Positions 1 through 9,942 of a stretch of DNA of 64,000 nt are shown here, piece by piece. The stretch lies in contig CAWBKB010000001.1 of assembly GCA_963789265.1 (NCBI GenBank), positions 2,272,001 through 2,336,000 on the forward strand. Direction: 5' to 3'. The notes under the pieces were generated by a model. It worked only from the letters and a program-made list of their open reading frames with translations, did not search any database and was not told where the DNA came from. The position numbers were made by a program, and so were the translations under genes. The stretch comes from an uncultured delta proteobacterium (GTDB lineage Bacteria > Desulfobacterota > Desulfomonilia > Desulfomonilales > Desulfomonilaceae). Within the stretch, counting starts at the first letter, position 1. Every line of letters starts with the position of its first letter.

Positions 1-1170
1 AAGCGCACGGGCAACATAGCTCATTGGCAGTTTTGCTACTCGAACATTCAGGTGTTGTTGACGTGCTTCTGATTCCGTCAAACCGACACGTCCAAGCTGT
101 GGGTCACTGAAAAGAACATACGGTATCAGCCGATTCGCAGTTGTTCTCGTTTTTTTTTCCAGCAGATTGGCTCGTATGATGCGGAAGTCGTCATACGAAA
201 TGTGAGTGAAGGCTGGGCCGCCCTTGACATCCCCTAGAGCGAAAACTGCGCTAGTAGTTGTTTCCAGGCGCTCATTCACTTTGATGAAACCTCGAGCGTC
301 GGTTTCAATTCCAGCCGCGCTCAAGTTGAGGGCATCTGAATTCGGCACTCTGCCCGTTGCTGCGAGCAAGTGCGATCCGGAAACAGTCTGGACCAGCCCT
401 TGCTGCTCGATTTCAAGTCGAATATCTCCATTCGCCTGGCTCACCCGCTTGGCTTTCGCGTTTAAAATAATTTCGACACCATCCTGCCGTAAGATTTTTT
501 CGAGTTCCTGGGCGACGTCCGGGTCCTCGCGGGTCAGCAATCGGTCGCGCGTATGAATTATTGTCACGTGGCTGCCAAAGCGGCGGAAAAGCTGCCCAAA
601 CTCCACGCCGATATAGCCGCCGCCCAAAACAAGGAGGTGTTCGGGAACAGCGTCCAGTTCCATGATGGAGACGTTGTCCAGGAAGGCAACGCTGTCCAGG
701 CCCTCCAGCTTAGGACGGGAGGCGCGAGTGCCAGTATTAATAAAAAGATAATCGGCGGAGATGGTTTGCTGAGCGCCATCTTTCAATTGTATTTCAACGG
801 ACTTTGGACCGGTGAATCTAGCCTTACCGAAGATCAAATCCAGATTTGCGGTCTTTTCGATACGTGCTTGGTTGCCGTCGCGGAAGCTGTTCACGATATT
901 GCGTTTGCGTTCCCGGACTCTTCGTAAATCTATGGTGACAGCGCCCGTATGAACCCCATAATCCGCCGCCCGGCGCGTGAGATAAGCGACGCGTCCGCTA
1001 GCTATCATGGTCTTGGTTGGTGTGCATCCTTCATTCACGCAAGTGCCGCCAACGTGCTCACTCTCAATGAGAGCGGTTCGCATGTCCGCTTGTGCAAGCG
1101 CCGTGGACAAAGGCGTGCCGGCCTGCCCGGAACCGATAATGATCGCGTCGTATTGCTGAGTAGTTCTCAT
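1..1170 (-). CDS. FAD-dependent pyridine nucleotide-disulfide oxidoreductase, mercuric reductase/RclA-like (3' end runs off window)
   Basis: Missing from the ORF track. Manual minus-strand translation from ATG 1170 gives MRTTQQYDAIIIGSGQAG...GGTCVNEGCTPTK (redox CxxxxC), LGGGYIGVE and ALGDVKGGPAFTHIS, open to position 1. Confidence 0.9.
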   Translation of the reverse strand, partial: MRTTQQYDAIIIGSGQAGTPLSTALAQADMRTALIESEHVGGTCVNEGCTPTKTMIASGRVAYLTRRAADYGVHTGAVTIDLRRVRERKRNIVNSFRDGNQARIEKTANLDLIFGKARFTGPKSVEIQLKDGAQQTISADYLFINTGTRASRPKLEGLDSVAFLDNVSIMELDAVPEHLLVLGGGYIGVEFGQLFRRFGSHVTIIHTRDRLLTREDPDVAQELEKILRQDGVEIILNAKAKRVSQANGDIRLEIEQQGLVQTVSGSHLLAATGRVPNSDALNLSAAGIETDARGFIKVNERLETTTSAVFALGDVKGGPAFTHISYDDFRIIRANLLEKKTRTTANRLIPYVLFSDPQLGRVGLTESEARQQHLNVRVAKLPMSYVARAL

Positions 1171-1436
1171 AACAATGCCGGTAATAGGATTGGTAGCAAT
1201 TCTCTTATTGCGAACTAATTGACGACTCTAAATGTCACTTGGCCTAAACCTTTCTACAATTTGGCCTCTTCGTCATTTATCCGTTTGGATGCACGAGCAA
1301 CAAAAAGGTTCCTGGCCGGCGGCGAACCCAGTGTTTGGGCTATCCGTTCTCCTTAGCCCGAACAAACCGCATTCATTCGGCCGGTAGGCCCACCGAGCCA
1401 GGTTGACCCGCTGGTGAGGCGAACATGCGCAGTCGT

Positions 1437-2307
1437 TTACTCCTTTTGGGCATAGACTATCCGCTCGATCGGCGTAGAAGCAAGCTCTCGGCCTGTCGGC
1501 CTGACGTATCGCTCGGCCAGTTCCTCATATCCGAGATGCTCAACCAGGCGCCAGCCGTACGGCCGAAGGAAGTCAGCCACTCCCTCGGGATCCATGCCGA
1601 AGATCCAGAACCTTGTTCTTTACCACGTACCTCTTGTAGAGGCTCTCCTGGCCGTACATGACTTGACCGTCGAGGAAGTCCTTGCGGACGTACGTGAACG
1701 CCAACCGGCTGCCACGTGCGGCGTTGGCCAGAAAGTCGAAGGTCGCCCTGATGCCGCTTTCGGTCAAGTACTGCGTGACCGCCTCCAAAATGAAAAATGT
1801 TCGCTTTTCCGGCGAGTACCCGTGAGATGCCAGCACAGTTCCCAGTTCTTCGTGGTCGAAGTCGATCGGTACGAGTTTGACGCAGCCGGGAACCTCGCCG
1901 AACAACTTCCTCAGCCGAATCCGCTTGAATTCCATGTTATCCGGCTGATCGACTTCCCACGCCGGCGTGTCGACTAGAGCTGGTAGTCGATATACCCTCG
2001 TGTCGAAACCCGCACCCAGATTCACCACAGCGTTGATCAGGCCGACCGAAGCGGTTAGCTCCTCGTCTATATAGCGCTTCCGGCACATCATGCCGCCCCA
2101 GAGACCTGGAAAGCTCTTCTCGGTCGCGCGGACCATCCAATCTCCGGCCGCGTTAAGCCGCATCATCCACACGAAGGCTCTCATGCCAAACGGCAAGATT
2201 TGATAAGCCAGGTCATCTTCTATGATGCGCTGGTCTTTAGGGAAGTGTTGCTCGATAGCGACCATCACTATCGGACCTTCGCCCGTTTTTGCTGCTGCTT
2301 TTGACAC
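1437..2307 (-). CDS. SAM-dependent methyltransferase (leucine carboxyl methyltransferase-like), apparent frameshift near 1611
   Basis: VVNLGAGFDTR, WEVDQP, IDF and LEAVTQYL motifs. After KNK the protein continues in another frame as FWIFGMDPEGVADFLRPYGW...ERIVYAQKE* to 1437. Confidence 0.85.
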
Positions 2308-2416
2308 AATGGCACCCTCCTTTCGTCAATGTCATGGAGTCCTAATTTACAGCTTCTAGCAGCGAGTAGCGAACCGTTTCGCCCCACCCCCCAACGCTCA
2401 AAGTCGCAGAAATTGC

Positions 2417-2462
2417 TTGACACTGTTTCCCAAACGGAGTATCAGGTTTCCTGGTAGGAAAC
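2417..2462 (+). promoter_or_regulatory. Putative sigma70 promoter plus palindromic operator upstream of the XRE regulator
   Basis: TTGACA (2417) with a 17-bp spacer to TATCAG, followed by the inverted repeat GTTTCCT-ggt-AGGAAAC (2446-2462). Confidence 0.55.
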
Positions 2463-2591
2463 ATCATCGGCATTTCCAAGAGTCCCGTAACAAATCTTCA
2501 TGAGTACGAAATAGGTCGAACCGACTTTTCTCGTAGAGAACCACAGTTATCTTATTCCCGGATTTCGGGACCGTGGCGTGCGGTAGCTTCA

Positions 2592-3152
2592 ATGATTGAT
2601 GAGGCAGAAATTGGGCGCAAGATAAAGCAATTGCGACTCGACCGAGGTCTGAACCTCCAAGATGTTGCAAATGCAACCGGCTTCACAAAGGGCTATCTCT
2701 CAAAGGTTGAAAATTCCAAGAAGGCACCTCCCGTGTCGACACTCCTCGTCATCGCTAGAGCATTGGGGACAAATATCTCCGCGATCTTTTCCGATGAGGA
2801 TGACAAGCCCACTATTACACTAGTCAAAAAGTCCGAACGTACAACGATGACCCGGAATGGGACCGAGTTCGGGTACTCATACGAGCCACTGGCTCTCAAA
2901 TTCCCCCAAAGGCGCATGGATCCCTACATCTTGACTGTTCCGGTTCGGTCGAGACGCAGGCGCTTTTTTCAGCACAAAGGAGAGGAAATCCTGTTTGTAT
3001 TGGAAGGCACTTCGCGTTTCATGCACGGAGACAAAGAGTTCCTTGTAGAAGAAGGGGACTGCGTTTATTTCGACTCGAGCATACCGCATCTGGGGATTGC
3101 AGAAGGATCTAAGCCGGTGAAATGCTTCATGGTGATTTTCAGCGAGAGCTAA
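2592..3152 (+). CDS. XRE-family transcriptional regulator with C-terminal cupin domain
   Basis: N-terminal HTH_3 (IKQLR...GYLSKVEN...PPVSTL) and cupin (HKGEEILFVLEG...GDCVYFDSSIPH). Confidence 0.93.
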   Translation: MIDEAEIGRKIKQLRLDRGLNLQDVANATGFTKGYLSKVENSKKAPPVSTLLVIARALGTNISAIFSDEDDKPTITLVKKSERTTMTRNGTEFGYSYEPLALKFPQRRMDPYILTVPVRSRRRRFFQHKGEEILFVLEGTSRFMHGDKEFLVEEGDCVYFDSSIPHLGIAEGSKPVKCFMVIFSES

Positions 3153-3165
3153 GATTTTAGACGTA

Positions 3166-3285
3166 ATGGGATTCGGTATAGAGACAATAGTCGGCGTTGT
3201 GGGCGCGGGGCTTGTGGCGAAACGATTGCCCGACTGCTTGCCGCAGGTGGTTACGTCACGTGATTTTGGTTGACCGGAGGCAATT
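3166..3285 (+). pseudogene. Decayed N-terminal Rossmann fragment, 3-hydroxyacyl-CoA dehydrogenase-like
   Basis: Across frameshifts reads MGFGIETIVGVVGAGL(V) / GETIARLLAAGGY / VILVDRRQ. Confidence 0.45.
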
Positions 3286-3756
3286 GGGAGGAGTATCCTC
3301 AATAGGCCCATAAAACCGCCTTTTCATCAATCTAACGACGGTTTTGCCTCTCTTGGCTCTCACGGGGAGATATAAGGTCTTTTCGCTATCCGGTAACAAT
3401 CCTTCAGGACGCTACTGGCACCAAGACGCTCCAAAATGACAAGGATCCCGCATGATTGCAGCCTGTGCAGTCTCACAATCACCTAGCGTGCGATACAAGT
3501 TGAAACAGGCGGTCGTATGAACTCTGACGGCGCTCATGCTCATTCTGATCGGAGGATTGGGAGAGTAGACGACTCCCCCGCAAGGGATGGCGTCTACATC
3601 GGCTTGGCGTCGGATATGCCGGCAAGCCGCGGGGTTTATGAAGGCCAAGAAACAGGTCTTAATCTTCTTACTGCGGCAATACCAATGGTGCGGTAAGGAC
3701 GGGCATTGTAGCCTGTGCTGTCCCGAACCGTAATTTGGAATGCGAGGACCGTATTT

Positions 3757-4629
3757 ATGGAAACCAGTGCTTCCATGCTAATCATCCAGGCGCTACACGG
3801 ACTGGTGTATGGGATGCTGCTCTTCCTGGTAGCGTCGGGCATGACTCTGGTCTTCGGAATGATGGACATCCTTAACATCGCTCATGCGGCGTTCTATATG
3901 TTGGGGGCATACCTGGGCTACACGATCCTGACCGCCACGGGGGACTTTTGGCTGGCCTTGATTGTGGCCCCTGTGTGCGTGGGTGTTATCGGGGCGCTGG
4001 TGGAACGGTTCTTCCTGAGGAAGGTGCATGGCTACGGTCACGCATTTGAGTTGCTAATAACCTTCGGTCTGTTCTTTGTGATTACTGAGGCGGTAAAGTG
4101 GATCTGGGGCGACTTTCCTCGGCCCGTGGACCCCCCTGCCGCTCTGTCCGGGTCGGTGCATCTGCTTGGCTTTCAATACCCAGTTTATCGTCTGTTCATC
4201 CTGGTAATATCGTCCATTGTTTTGGCCGGACTCCTATATATCTTTCTGAAGACGCGCGTGGGCATCAGGATTCGAGCGGCAGTTTCGGACGGCCAGATGG
4301 TTGACGCCCTCGGCGTGAATGTTCCGAGGCTATTTGTGGGTGTTTTCTCGGGAGGGACAGCCTTGGCCGGCCTGGCCGGGGTCGTAGCCGCCCCATTCCT
4401 TAGCACGTACCCCGGTATGGGCCTCGACATGCTTGTGGACACCTTCGTGGTGGTTGTGGTGGGAGGGTTTGGGAGCCTTCCCGGAGCCTTTGTAGCTGCC
4501 CTTATGATCGGGGAATTGCAATCTTTCGGGGTTCTCTTTATTCCTCGCCTGGCCTTGGTGTCTCAATTCCTGCTTATGGCCGTGGTGCTTATTATCAGGC
4601 CGACGGGTCTCTTCGGGGAGAAGGCATGA
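3757..4629 (+). CDS. livH: Branched-chain amino acid-type ABC transporter permease
   Basis: GLVYGMLLFLVASGMTLVFG...NIAHAAFYMLGAY and VVVVGGFGS. ATG 3757 has a GAGGA RBS. Confidence 0.93.
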   Translation: METSASMLIIQALHGLVYGMLLFLVASGMTLVFGMMDILNIAHAAFYMLGAYLGYTILTATGDFWLALIVAPVCVGVIGALVERFFLRKVHGYGHAFELLITFGLFFVITEAVKWIWGDFPRPVDPPAALSGSVHLLGFQYPVYRLFILVISSIVLAGLLYIFLKTRVGIRIRAAVSDGQMVDALGVNVPRLFVGVFSGGTALAGLAGVVAAPFLSTYPGMGLDMLVDTFVVVVVGGFGSLPGAFVAALMIGELQSFGVLFIPRLALVSQFLLMAVVLIIRPTGLFGEKA

Positions 4630-5603
4630 GGCGTTCCGCCCTATTGCAGGTTGCCTTAGTCATTGGGCTTGGCGCTGCTCTTCTGGCCGCTCCGCGGATA
4701 CTGACGATCGTGCATACCAGGATGCTCACTGAGGTCGTTTACTTCTCCTTATTCGCAGTCAGCTTCAACCTCCTCTTTGCTGACGCCGGCCTGCTTTCCT
4801 TCGGCCATGCAGCCTATTTCGGACTCGGGGCTTATGTCACGGCCATCTCATTGAAGCATTTGACAGGTATGCCGTTTTTTGTGGCCATCTTGTTGGGAGG
4901 ACTCGCGGGAGCGGTTGGCGGGGCTGTCATCGGCTTCTTCTGCGTCCGGCGCAAAGGGGCCTACTTTGCTCTGCTAACTTTGGCCTTCAATCAGTTTCTC
5001 TGGGCCATTGCCTGGAAATGGCGAGAAGTGACGGGAGGTGATGACGGCATAGGTGGCGTCGTCCCGAGGAAGCCCGTTCAGCTGGGAATTCTGAGCATCG
5101 ATTTCACAAATATAAGTAGCAAGTACTATCTTACGCTATTCATCGTGGCTGTCTGCCTCGCTCTAGGCTGGTACCTCATGCGCACACCTTTCGGGAATAC
5201 CGTCAGGGCGGTAAAAGGCAACGAAGAACGAGCCTCTTTTCTCGGATACAACGTAAACCGATCCAAACTGCTGATCTTCATTCTCTCAGCGTGCTTTGCG
5301 GGAATAGCCGGCAGCCTCTTCGCACTGTTCCAGGATTTCGTGGCGCCGAGCGTCATCTCCATGAGTATGTCGACAGAGGTGCTGTTCATGGCGTTCCTGG
5401 GAGGCACAGGCTCGTTTTTAGGGCCCGTCCTGGGGGCGGGGATCTTCGTTTACTTCACTGACTGGATCAGCGGCCTGACCGAACGCTGGGAGTTCATTCT
5501 GGGGGTGCTTTTCATCGTACTCGTCCTCTATTTTCCTCAGGGTTTCCTGGGGCTGATCCAGACCAGATTGAAATCTCTGTTCGCCTCCGTGAAGAGTGAT
5601 TAA
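4626..5603 (+). CDS. livM: Branched-chain amino acid-type ABC transporter permease
   Basis: GLLSFGHAAYFGLGAY, YFALLTLAF, TGGDDG and NEERASFLGY motifs. Confidence 0.93.
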   Translation: MRRSALLQVALVIGLGAALLAAPRILTIVHTRMLTEVVYFSLFAVSFNLLFADAGLLSFGHAAYFGLGAYVTAISLKHLTGMPFFVAILLGGLAGAVGGAVIGFFCVRRKGAYFALLTLAFNQFLWAIAWKWREVTGGDDGIGGVVPRKPVQLGILSIDFTNISSKYYLTLFIVAVCLALGWYLMRTPFGNTVRAVKGNEERASFLGYNVNRSKLLIFILSACFAGIAGSLFALFQDFVAPSVISMSMSTEVLFMAFLGGTGSFLGPVLGAGIFVYFTDWISGLTERWEFILGVLFIVLVLYFPQGFLGLIQTRLKSLFASVKSD

Positions 5604-5615
5604 AGGAAAGCGTTC

Positions 5616-6362
5616 ATGCCGCTTTTGCAAGTAACGAATCTTTTCAAGGACTTTAGCGGGCTGAAAGTCCTTTTTGGAATCGACCTGAAACTTGAGCAAG
5701 GCGAGAGACACGCGGTCATCGGTCCCAACGGTGCCGGAAAATCCACGCTCTTCAATGTTATAACAGGAAAGTATGCCCCTAGTCGAGGAAGGATAACGTT
5801 CGACGACCACGATATAACCGGGTTTCCTCCCCATAGAATCGCTCGGCTCGGCCTGGCCCGATCCTTTCAGGTCACCAACATCTTTCGGGCCATGACAGTT
5901 TTTGAGAACGTCCGAAATGCGGTCATTTCGCGAAACGGCAGGCGCTACAGCATATTTCCCATTCTGGCCAAGATGAGGACCATTACAGAAGAAACCGAGC
6001 GAATCTTGGATCTGATCGGGCTGCTGGACCGGAAGGATGAAGTGGCGGGCGAACTGGCACACGGCCATCAGCGGGCGTTGGAAATCGGTATGACGATTGC
6101 CATGGACCCGGCGTTGATCCTGCTGGACGAACCGACCGCGGGGATGTCATCCAAGGAGAGCAGAGAGACGGTGAAGCTCATTGAGAAAGTCACCGAAGGG
6201 AAAACCCTTCTCATTGTCGAACACGACATGGATGTTGTCTTTAGCCTGGCAAACAGGATCACGGTGATATGCTACGGACGGGTTCTTGCTTCTGGGCCCC
6301 CTGACGCCATACGGAACAATCAGCAGGTCAAAGACGCTTATCTCGGTGAAGAGAGAGAGTAG
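5616..6362 (+). CDS. livG: ABC transporter ATP-binding protein
   Basis: GPNGAGKST, RSFQ, LLDEPTAG and VEHDM motifs. Confidence 0.93.
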   Translation: MPLLQVTNLFKDFSGLKVLFGIDLKLEQGERHAVIGPNGAGKSTLFNVITGKYAPSRGRITFDDHDITGFPPHRIARLGLARSFQVTNIFRAMTVFENVRNAVISRNGRRYSIFPILAKMRTITEETERILDLIGLLDRKDEVAGELAHGHQRALEIGMTIAMDPALILLDEPTAGMSSKESRETVKLIEKVTEGKTLLIVEHDMDVVFSLANRITVICYGRVLASGPPDAIRNNQQVKDAYLGEERE

Positions 6363-6365
6363 TCC

Positions 6366-7073
6366 ATGCTTCTCGAGATCAAAGATCTTCACGCCTTTTA
6401 CGAAGAAAGCCACGTCCTTCGGGGGATCTCCTTGGATGTGGACCATGGAGAGATTGTCTCTCTGCTGGGACGAAACGGAGTGGGCAAGACCACCACGCTG
6501 AAATCCATTATTGGCCTACAGGCTCCGCGTTCAGGCCAAGTGATCTTCGAGGACCGTAACATCGCAGGATTGGCTCCTCACACGATTGCCAACCTCGGCG
6601 TGGGTTACGTCCCGGAGGACAGAAGAATCTTTCCCAGGCTTACCGTCAGGGAAAACCTCCTGATGGGGATTAAACCGGGCCAGAAGGAGACGGCAAACGG
6701 CTGGTCCGTGGATAAGATCTATAACCACTTTCCGTCGCTGAAGGCGAGAGACAAGCAGAAGGGGGCTTATCTTTCCGGCGGCGAGCAGCAGATGCTGACC
6801 ATCGGTCGCGCGCTTATGGGAGAACCCAAGGTGCTTCTTCTGGACGAACCCACGGAAGGCCTGGCCCCGTTAGTAGTGAAAACCCTGGAGCAAGTCATTA
6901 CGGACGTTCACAACCATGGCGTGGCCATACTCCTGGTGGAACAGAATATGCGAGTGGTCATGAGGCTGGCGAAAAGGATCTACGTTATCAGCAAAGGCAA
7001 GATTGTTTTCCAAGGTAGTGGTGAAGAACTCAAGGAGGCCCGAGAGATCCGTAAGAAATACCTTGAGGTCTGA
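6366..7073 (+). CDS. livF: ABC transporter ATP-binding protein
   Basis: GRNGVGKTT, VPEDRRIF, LSGGEQQML, LLDEPTEGLAP and VEQN motifs. Confidence 0.93.
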   Translation: MLLEIKDLHAFYEESHVLRGISLDVDHGEIVSLLGRNGVGKTTTLKSIIGLQAPRSGQVIFEDRNIAGLAPHTIANLGVGYVPEDRRIFPRLTVRENLLMGIKPGQKETANGWSVDKIYNHFPSLKARDKQKGAYLSGGEQQMLTIGRALMGEPKVLLLDEPTEGLAPLVVKTLEQVITDVHNHGVAILLVEQNMRVVMRLAKRIYVISKGKIVFQGSGEELKEAREIRKKYLEV

Positions 7074-7145
7074 AAGAAGTTATTTGGAGTGGGCGGGGGC
7101 GATTACCGCTCTTGGCCCCACACAAACCAAGAAGGAGGTAGTCAA

Positions 7146-8387
7146 ATGCTGAGAGGGAACCGTTGCGGTCTGTTGGCGACGCTTGTCACCCTTTTGTCTC
7201 TTGCCATGTGCCTCGGAGTCCCACCAACTTATGCCGCGGACGGCAAGATCGTGCTGGGACTTTGTGAGCCTCTATCCGGGGTCATGAAGGATGTGGGTGA
7301 CCGGTATGTCGATGCGGTAAAGTTCGCAGTGGAGGAGATCAACGCCAAAGGTGGAGTTCTTGGAAAAAAGTTGGAGGTTGTAGCCGAGGATAGTCAGCTT
7401 AAGGCCGATGTGGCGACCCGCAAGGCCACAAAGCTTATCCTCGAGGACAAGGCAGATTTCGTCATGACCGGGACTGGTTCCCATATCTGCAAGGCTCTGA
7501 TGAAGGTGGCGGAGCAGTACAAGAAAATTTGCCTCACATACGGGACAGAGAGCGCCAGCACCACAGGCGCCGATTTCAATCCGTACACCTTCCGAGCTTG
7601 TCTGAACACGGACCAGCACTCTGCCGCGGTAATCGAGTACTTCGCCAAGCACACCAAATACAAGAAATTCTATATCCTCTGTCAGGACTATGTTTTTGGT
7701 TGGGAAGCTGCGGAGGGATACAAGAAGAAGCTGAAGTCTATCCCAGGTGCAAAACTTCTGGGAGAAGATTTCCACCCCATCGGGCAGAAGGATTTCGCTC
7801 CGTACATTACCAAGGTGATGGCTTCCGGAGCTGAAGTGGTCCTTACTGCGAACTACGGACCTGACTTGGACAATCTCATCAAGACGGGAGCATCATTGGG
7901 ATGGAAATGCGTAACCGGCAACTATTTCCTCAACGATCCACTTCGCATGGAGGTGATAAAGGATGCGGGTATCGGGAGCGTAACAGCCGACTGCTACATG
8001 ATCACGATCGACACGCCCGAGAATAAAGAATTTGTCAAGGATTGGCATGCTGCGCACAAGAACATGACTATTGGGTTCTGGTATCCGGATATTTCTATGG
8101 GGCGCTGCTATTGGAGCATTCGATGGTTGGCAGACGTGATCAAGAAGGCGGGCAGCACGGACGCGCAGAAAGTTATTACGGCGTGGGAAGGAATGGAGTA
8201 CGACGTGCCCTGGGGCAAAGTCACCATGCGGAAGTGCGATCACCAGATGATCACTCCCGGGGTGGCTGCTGTTATTGTTGCCAAGAGTGAGTACTTCAAT
8301 TTCCCTTACATTGGCAAGCCGACGATAATTCCCTCTGGGGACATCACGGTGCCCCCTGCCAAGACTGGAAACCCCAGGTGCAAGTGA
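7146..8387 (+). CDS. ABC transporter substrate-binding protein (LivK/LivJ-like)
   Basis: Signal peptide; AVEEINAKGGVLGKKLE, DFAPYITK and MRKCDHQ motifs. ATG 7146 has an AGGAGG RBS. Confidence 0.9.
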   Translation: MLRGNRCGLLATLVTLLSLAMCLGVPPTYAADGKIVLGLCEPLSGVMKDVGDRYVDAVKFAVEEINAKGGVLGKKLEVVAEDSQLKADVATRKATKLILEDKADFVMTGTGSHICKALMKVAEQYKKICLTYGTESASTTGADFNPYTFRACLNTDQHSAAVIEYFAKHTKYKKFYILCQDYVFGWEAAEGYKKKLKSIPGAKLLGEDFHPIGQKDFAPYITKVMASGAEVVLTANYGPDLDNLIKTGASLGWKCVTGNYFLNDPLRMEVIKDAGIGSVTADCYMITIDTPENKEFVKDWHAAHKNMTIGFWYPDISMGRCYWSIRWLADVIKKAGSTDAQKVITAWEGMEYDVPWGKVTMRKCDHQMITPGVAAVIVAKSEYFNFPYIGKPTIIPSGDITVPPAKTGNPRCK

Positions 8388-8412
8388 CCGGTGAACGAAC
8401 GAGCAATCTCAA

Positions 8413-8668
8413 AGGGATGGCGGGTCTAAGGAAACTGTCCAAAAATCGGGGCATGCACGAAATTCGTAGCACGTTGCGTCTTTGTCCCGGCAATCCCGTG
8501 TTCCGCGCGGGACCGGGCTACTATCTTCGGTCCCTACGGGACGCCTGCATTTGAGCCCCATCGGGGCGATTGAAAGTAGACCGGTACTTCAGTGCCGGGC
8601 AGCCATCGTAGCACGATTTTGCGCATCGAAACAGTTTTGAGACAGCATTCTATGGACCTGCCATCCCT
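8413..8668. repeat. Terminator-like stem split by a ~220-bp miniature inverted-repeat element
   Basis: Arms agggatggcgggtc (8413) and gacctgccatccct (8655) enclose an element with ends aaactgtccaaaa / ttttgagacag. Confidence 0.6.
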
Positions 8669-8781
8669 CTCTAAAAGTCATGCAGCGTCATAGATAGGAA
8701 AGGAAGACACACAACTGCCTGATGCCACCGAGCATCCGGCGCAATGGTGCGGAATTTATTGATTGGCCGTGAGGAGGCCCA

Positions 8782-9684
8782 ATGAAACCATTTGAGAGAG
8801 TTGCACTAGTAGGCTCGGGCATCTTGGGTACCCAGATAGCCATGTTGGCCGCCAATGCGGGATACAATGTCAAGATCTATGATCCCAAAAAAGACGCATT
8901 TATCGAAACTTATAATAAAGTCAAAATCGATTTGAGGATGAAAAGGGTTAACCCATTCATACCCTGGGAAGATTGGGAGAAGTGCAAACAATCCATACAC
9001 CAGGTGGCAAGCCTCGATGACGCTGTGAAGGATGAAGATCTGGTTATCGAGTCCGTCCCCGAAAATGTTGAATTGAAGAACGCGGTATTCAGGGAACTCG
9101 GAGAGAAAACAGGTCCGCAGGCGATTCTCGCCACGAACAGTTCGTCGATACCCGTCTCAAGAATGGAAGCAAGCAGTGGAAGACCGGAGCTATGCTTGAA
9201 CATACACTTCTATGCTCCGTTGCAAGGAACAAATATGGCGGATGTCATGGGCGGGACCAAAACGCTTCCGGAAGTCTTACACAAAGGGGTTCGATGGGTG
9301 GAGTCCCTTGGCTGCGTTCCGCTTACCGTGAAAAAGGAAGTACTAGGGTTCTGCTTCAACCGGGTCTGGAGAGCCATAAAGAGAGAAGCACTATATATGT
9401 GGGCAAACGGTTTTGTGGATTTTCGAGATACAGATCGGGCCTGGATGGTTTTTTCAAGAATGAAAGAGGGTCCGTTTGCGATGATGGACAAAGTGGGGCT
9501 GGATGTAGTCCACGATATCGAGATGGTTTACTATAACGAGTCGAAAGACCCGAAAGACAAACCCCCGGATGCCCTTTTGGAAATGATTAAACGCGGCGAG
9601 TTGGGGGTGAAGAGTGGGAAGGGTTTTTACACATACCCGGACCCGGAGTTCCTTCGGCCGGATTTCTTGCAGCCTAAACGCTAG
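8782..9684 (+). CDS. 3-hydroxyacyl-CoA dehydrogenase family protein
   Basis: GSGILG Rossmann motif, IESVPE, ATNSSS, IHF, GPFAMMDKVGLD and GVKSGKGFY. Confidence 0.92.
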   Translation: MKPFERVALVGSGILGTQIAMLAANAGYNVKIYDPKKDAFIETYNKVKIDLRMKRVNPFIPWEDWEKCKQSIHQVASLDDAVKDEDLVIESVPENVELKNAVFRELGEKTGPQAILATNSSSIPVSRMEASSGRPELCLNIHFYAPLQGTNMADVMGGTKTLPEVLHKGVRWVESLGCVPLTVKKEVLGFCFNRVWRAIKREALYMWANGFVDFRDTDRAWMVFSRMKEGPFAMMDKVGLDVVHDIEMVYYNESKDPKDKPPDALLEMIKRGELGVKSGKGFYTYPDPEFLRPDFLQPKR

Positions 9685-9723
9685 ATAGTTAGACGGAGCC
9701 GTTCAGAGGCCGAACAAGATTTA

Positions 9724-9903
9724 CCGCAGAGTGCGCCGAGCACGCAGAGAAAAAGATAGCTTATCCAGCGCCACGTGAATCACCGGCTCTTACAGTCGAG
9801 CCGGAATTGCCCTCGCTGTAACAGCCGACGTCTGACGTCCTCTATCGAGTAGACGCGCTGCGAAAACAGAATTCTCCGCGATCTCTGCGTTCTCCGCGGT
9901 GAA
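9724..9903. repeat. Intergenic imperfect palindromic repeat
   Basis: ccgcagagtgcgccgagcacgcagag ... ctccgcgatctctgcgttctccgcgg. Confidence 0.55.
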
Positions 9904-9942
9904 CTATTGCAGTACAAATTTTATCAGGAGAAGAAGAAAAAC

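Noticed and set aside
1..1170. Mercury resistance (merA) locus
   Set aside because: No N-terminal metal-binding domain, the C-terminus is outside the window, and no mer genes lie upstream.
206..1218. Plus-strand ORFs 206-556, 553-927 and 949-1218
   Set aside because: They are antisense shadows of the minus-strand disulfide oxidoreductase.
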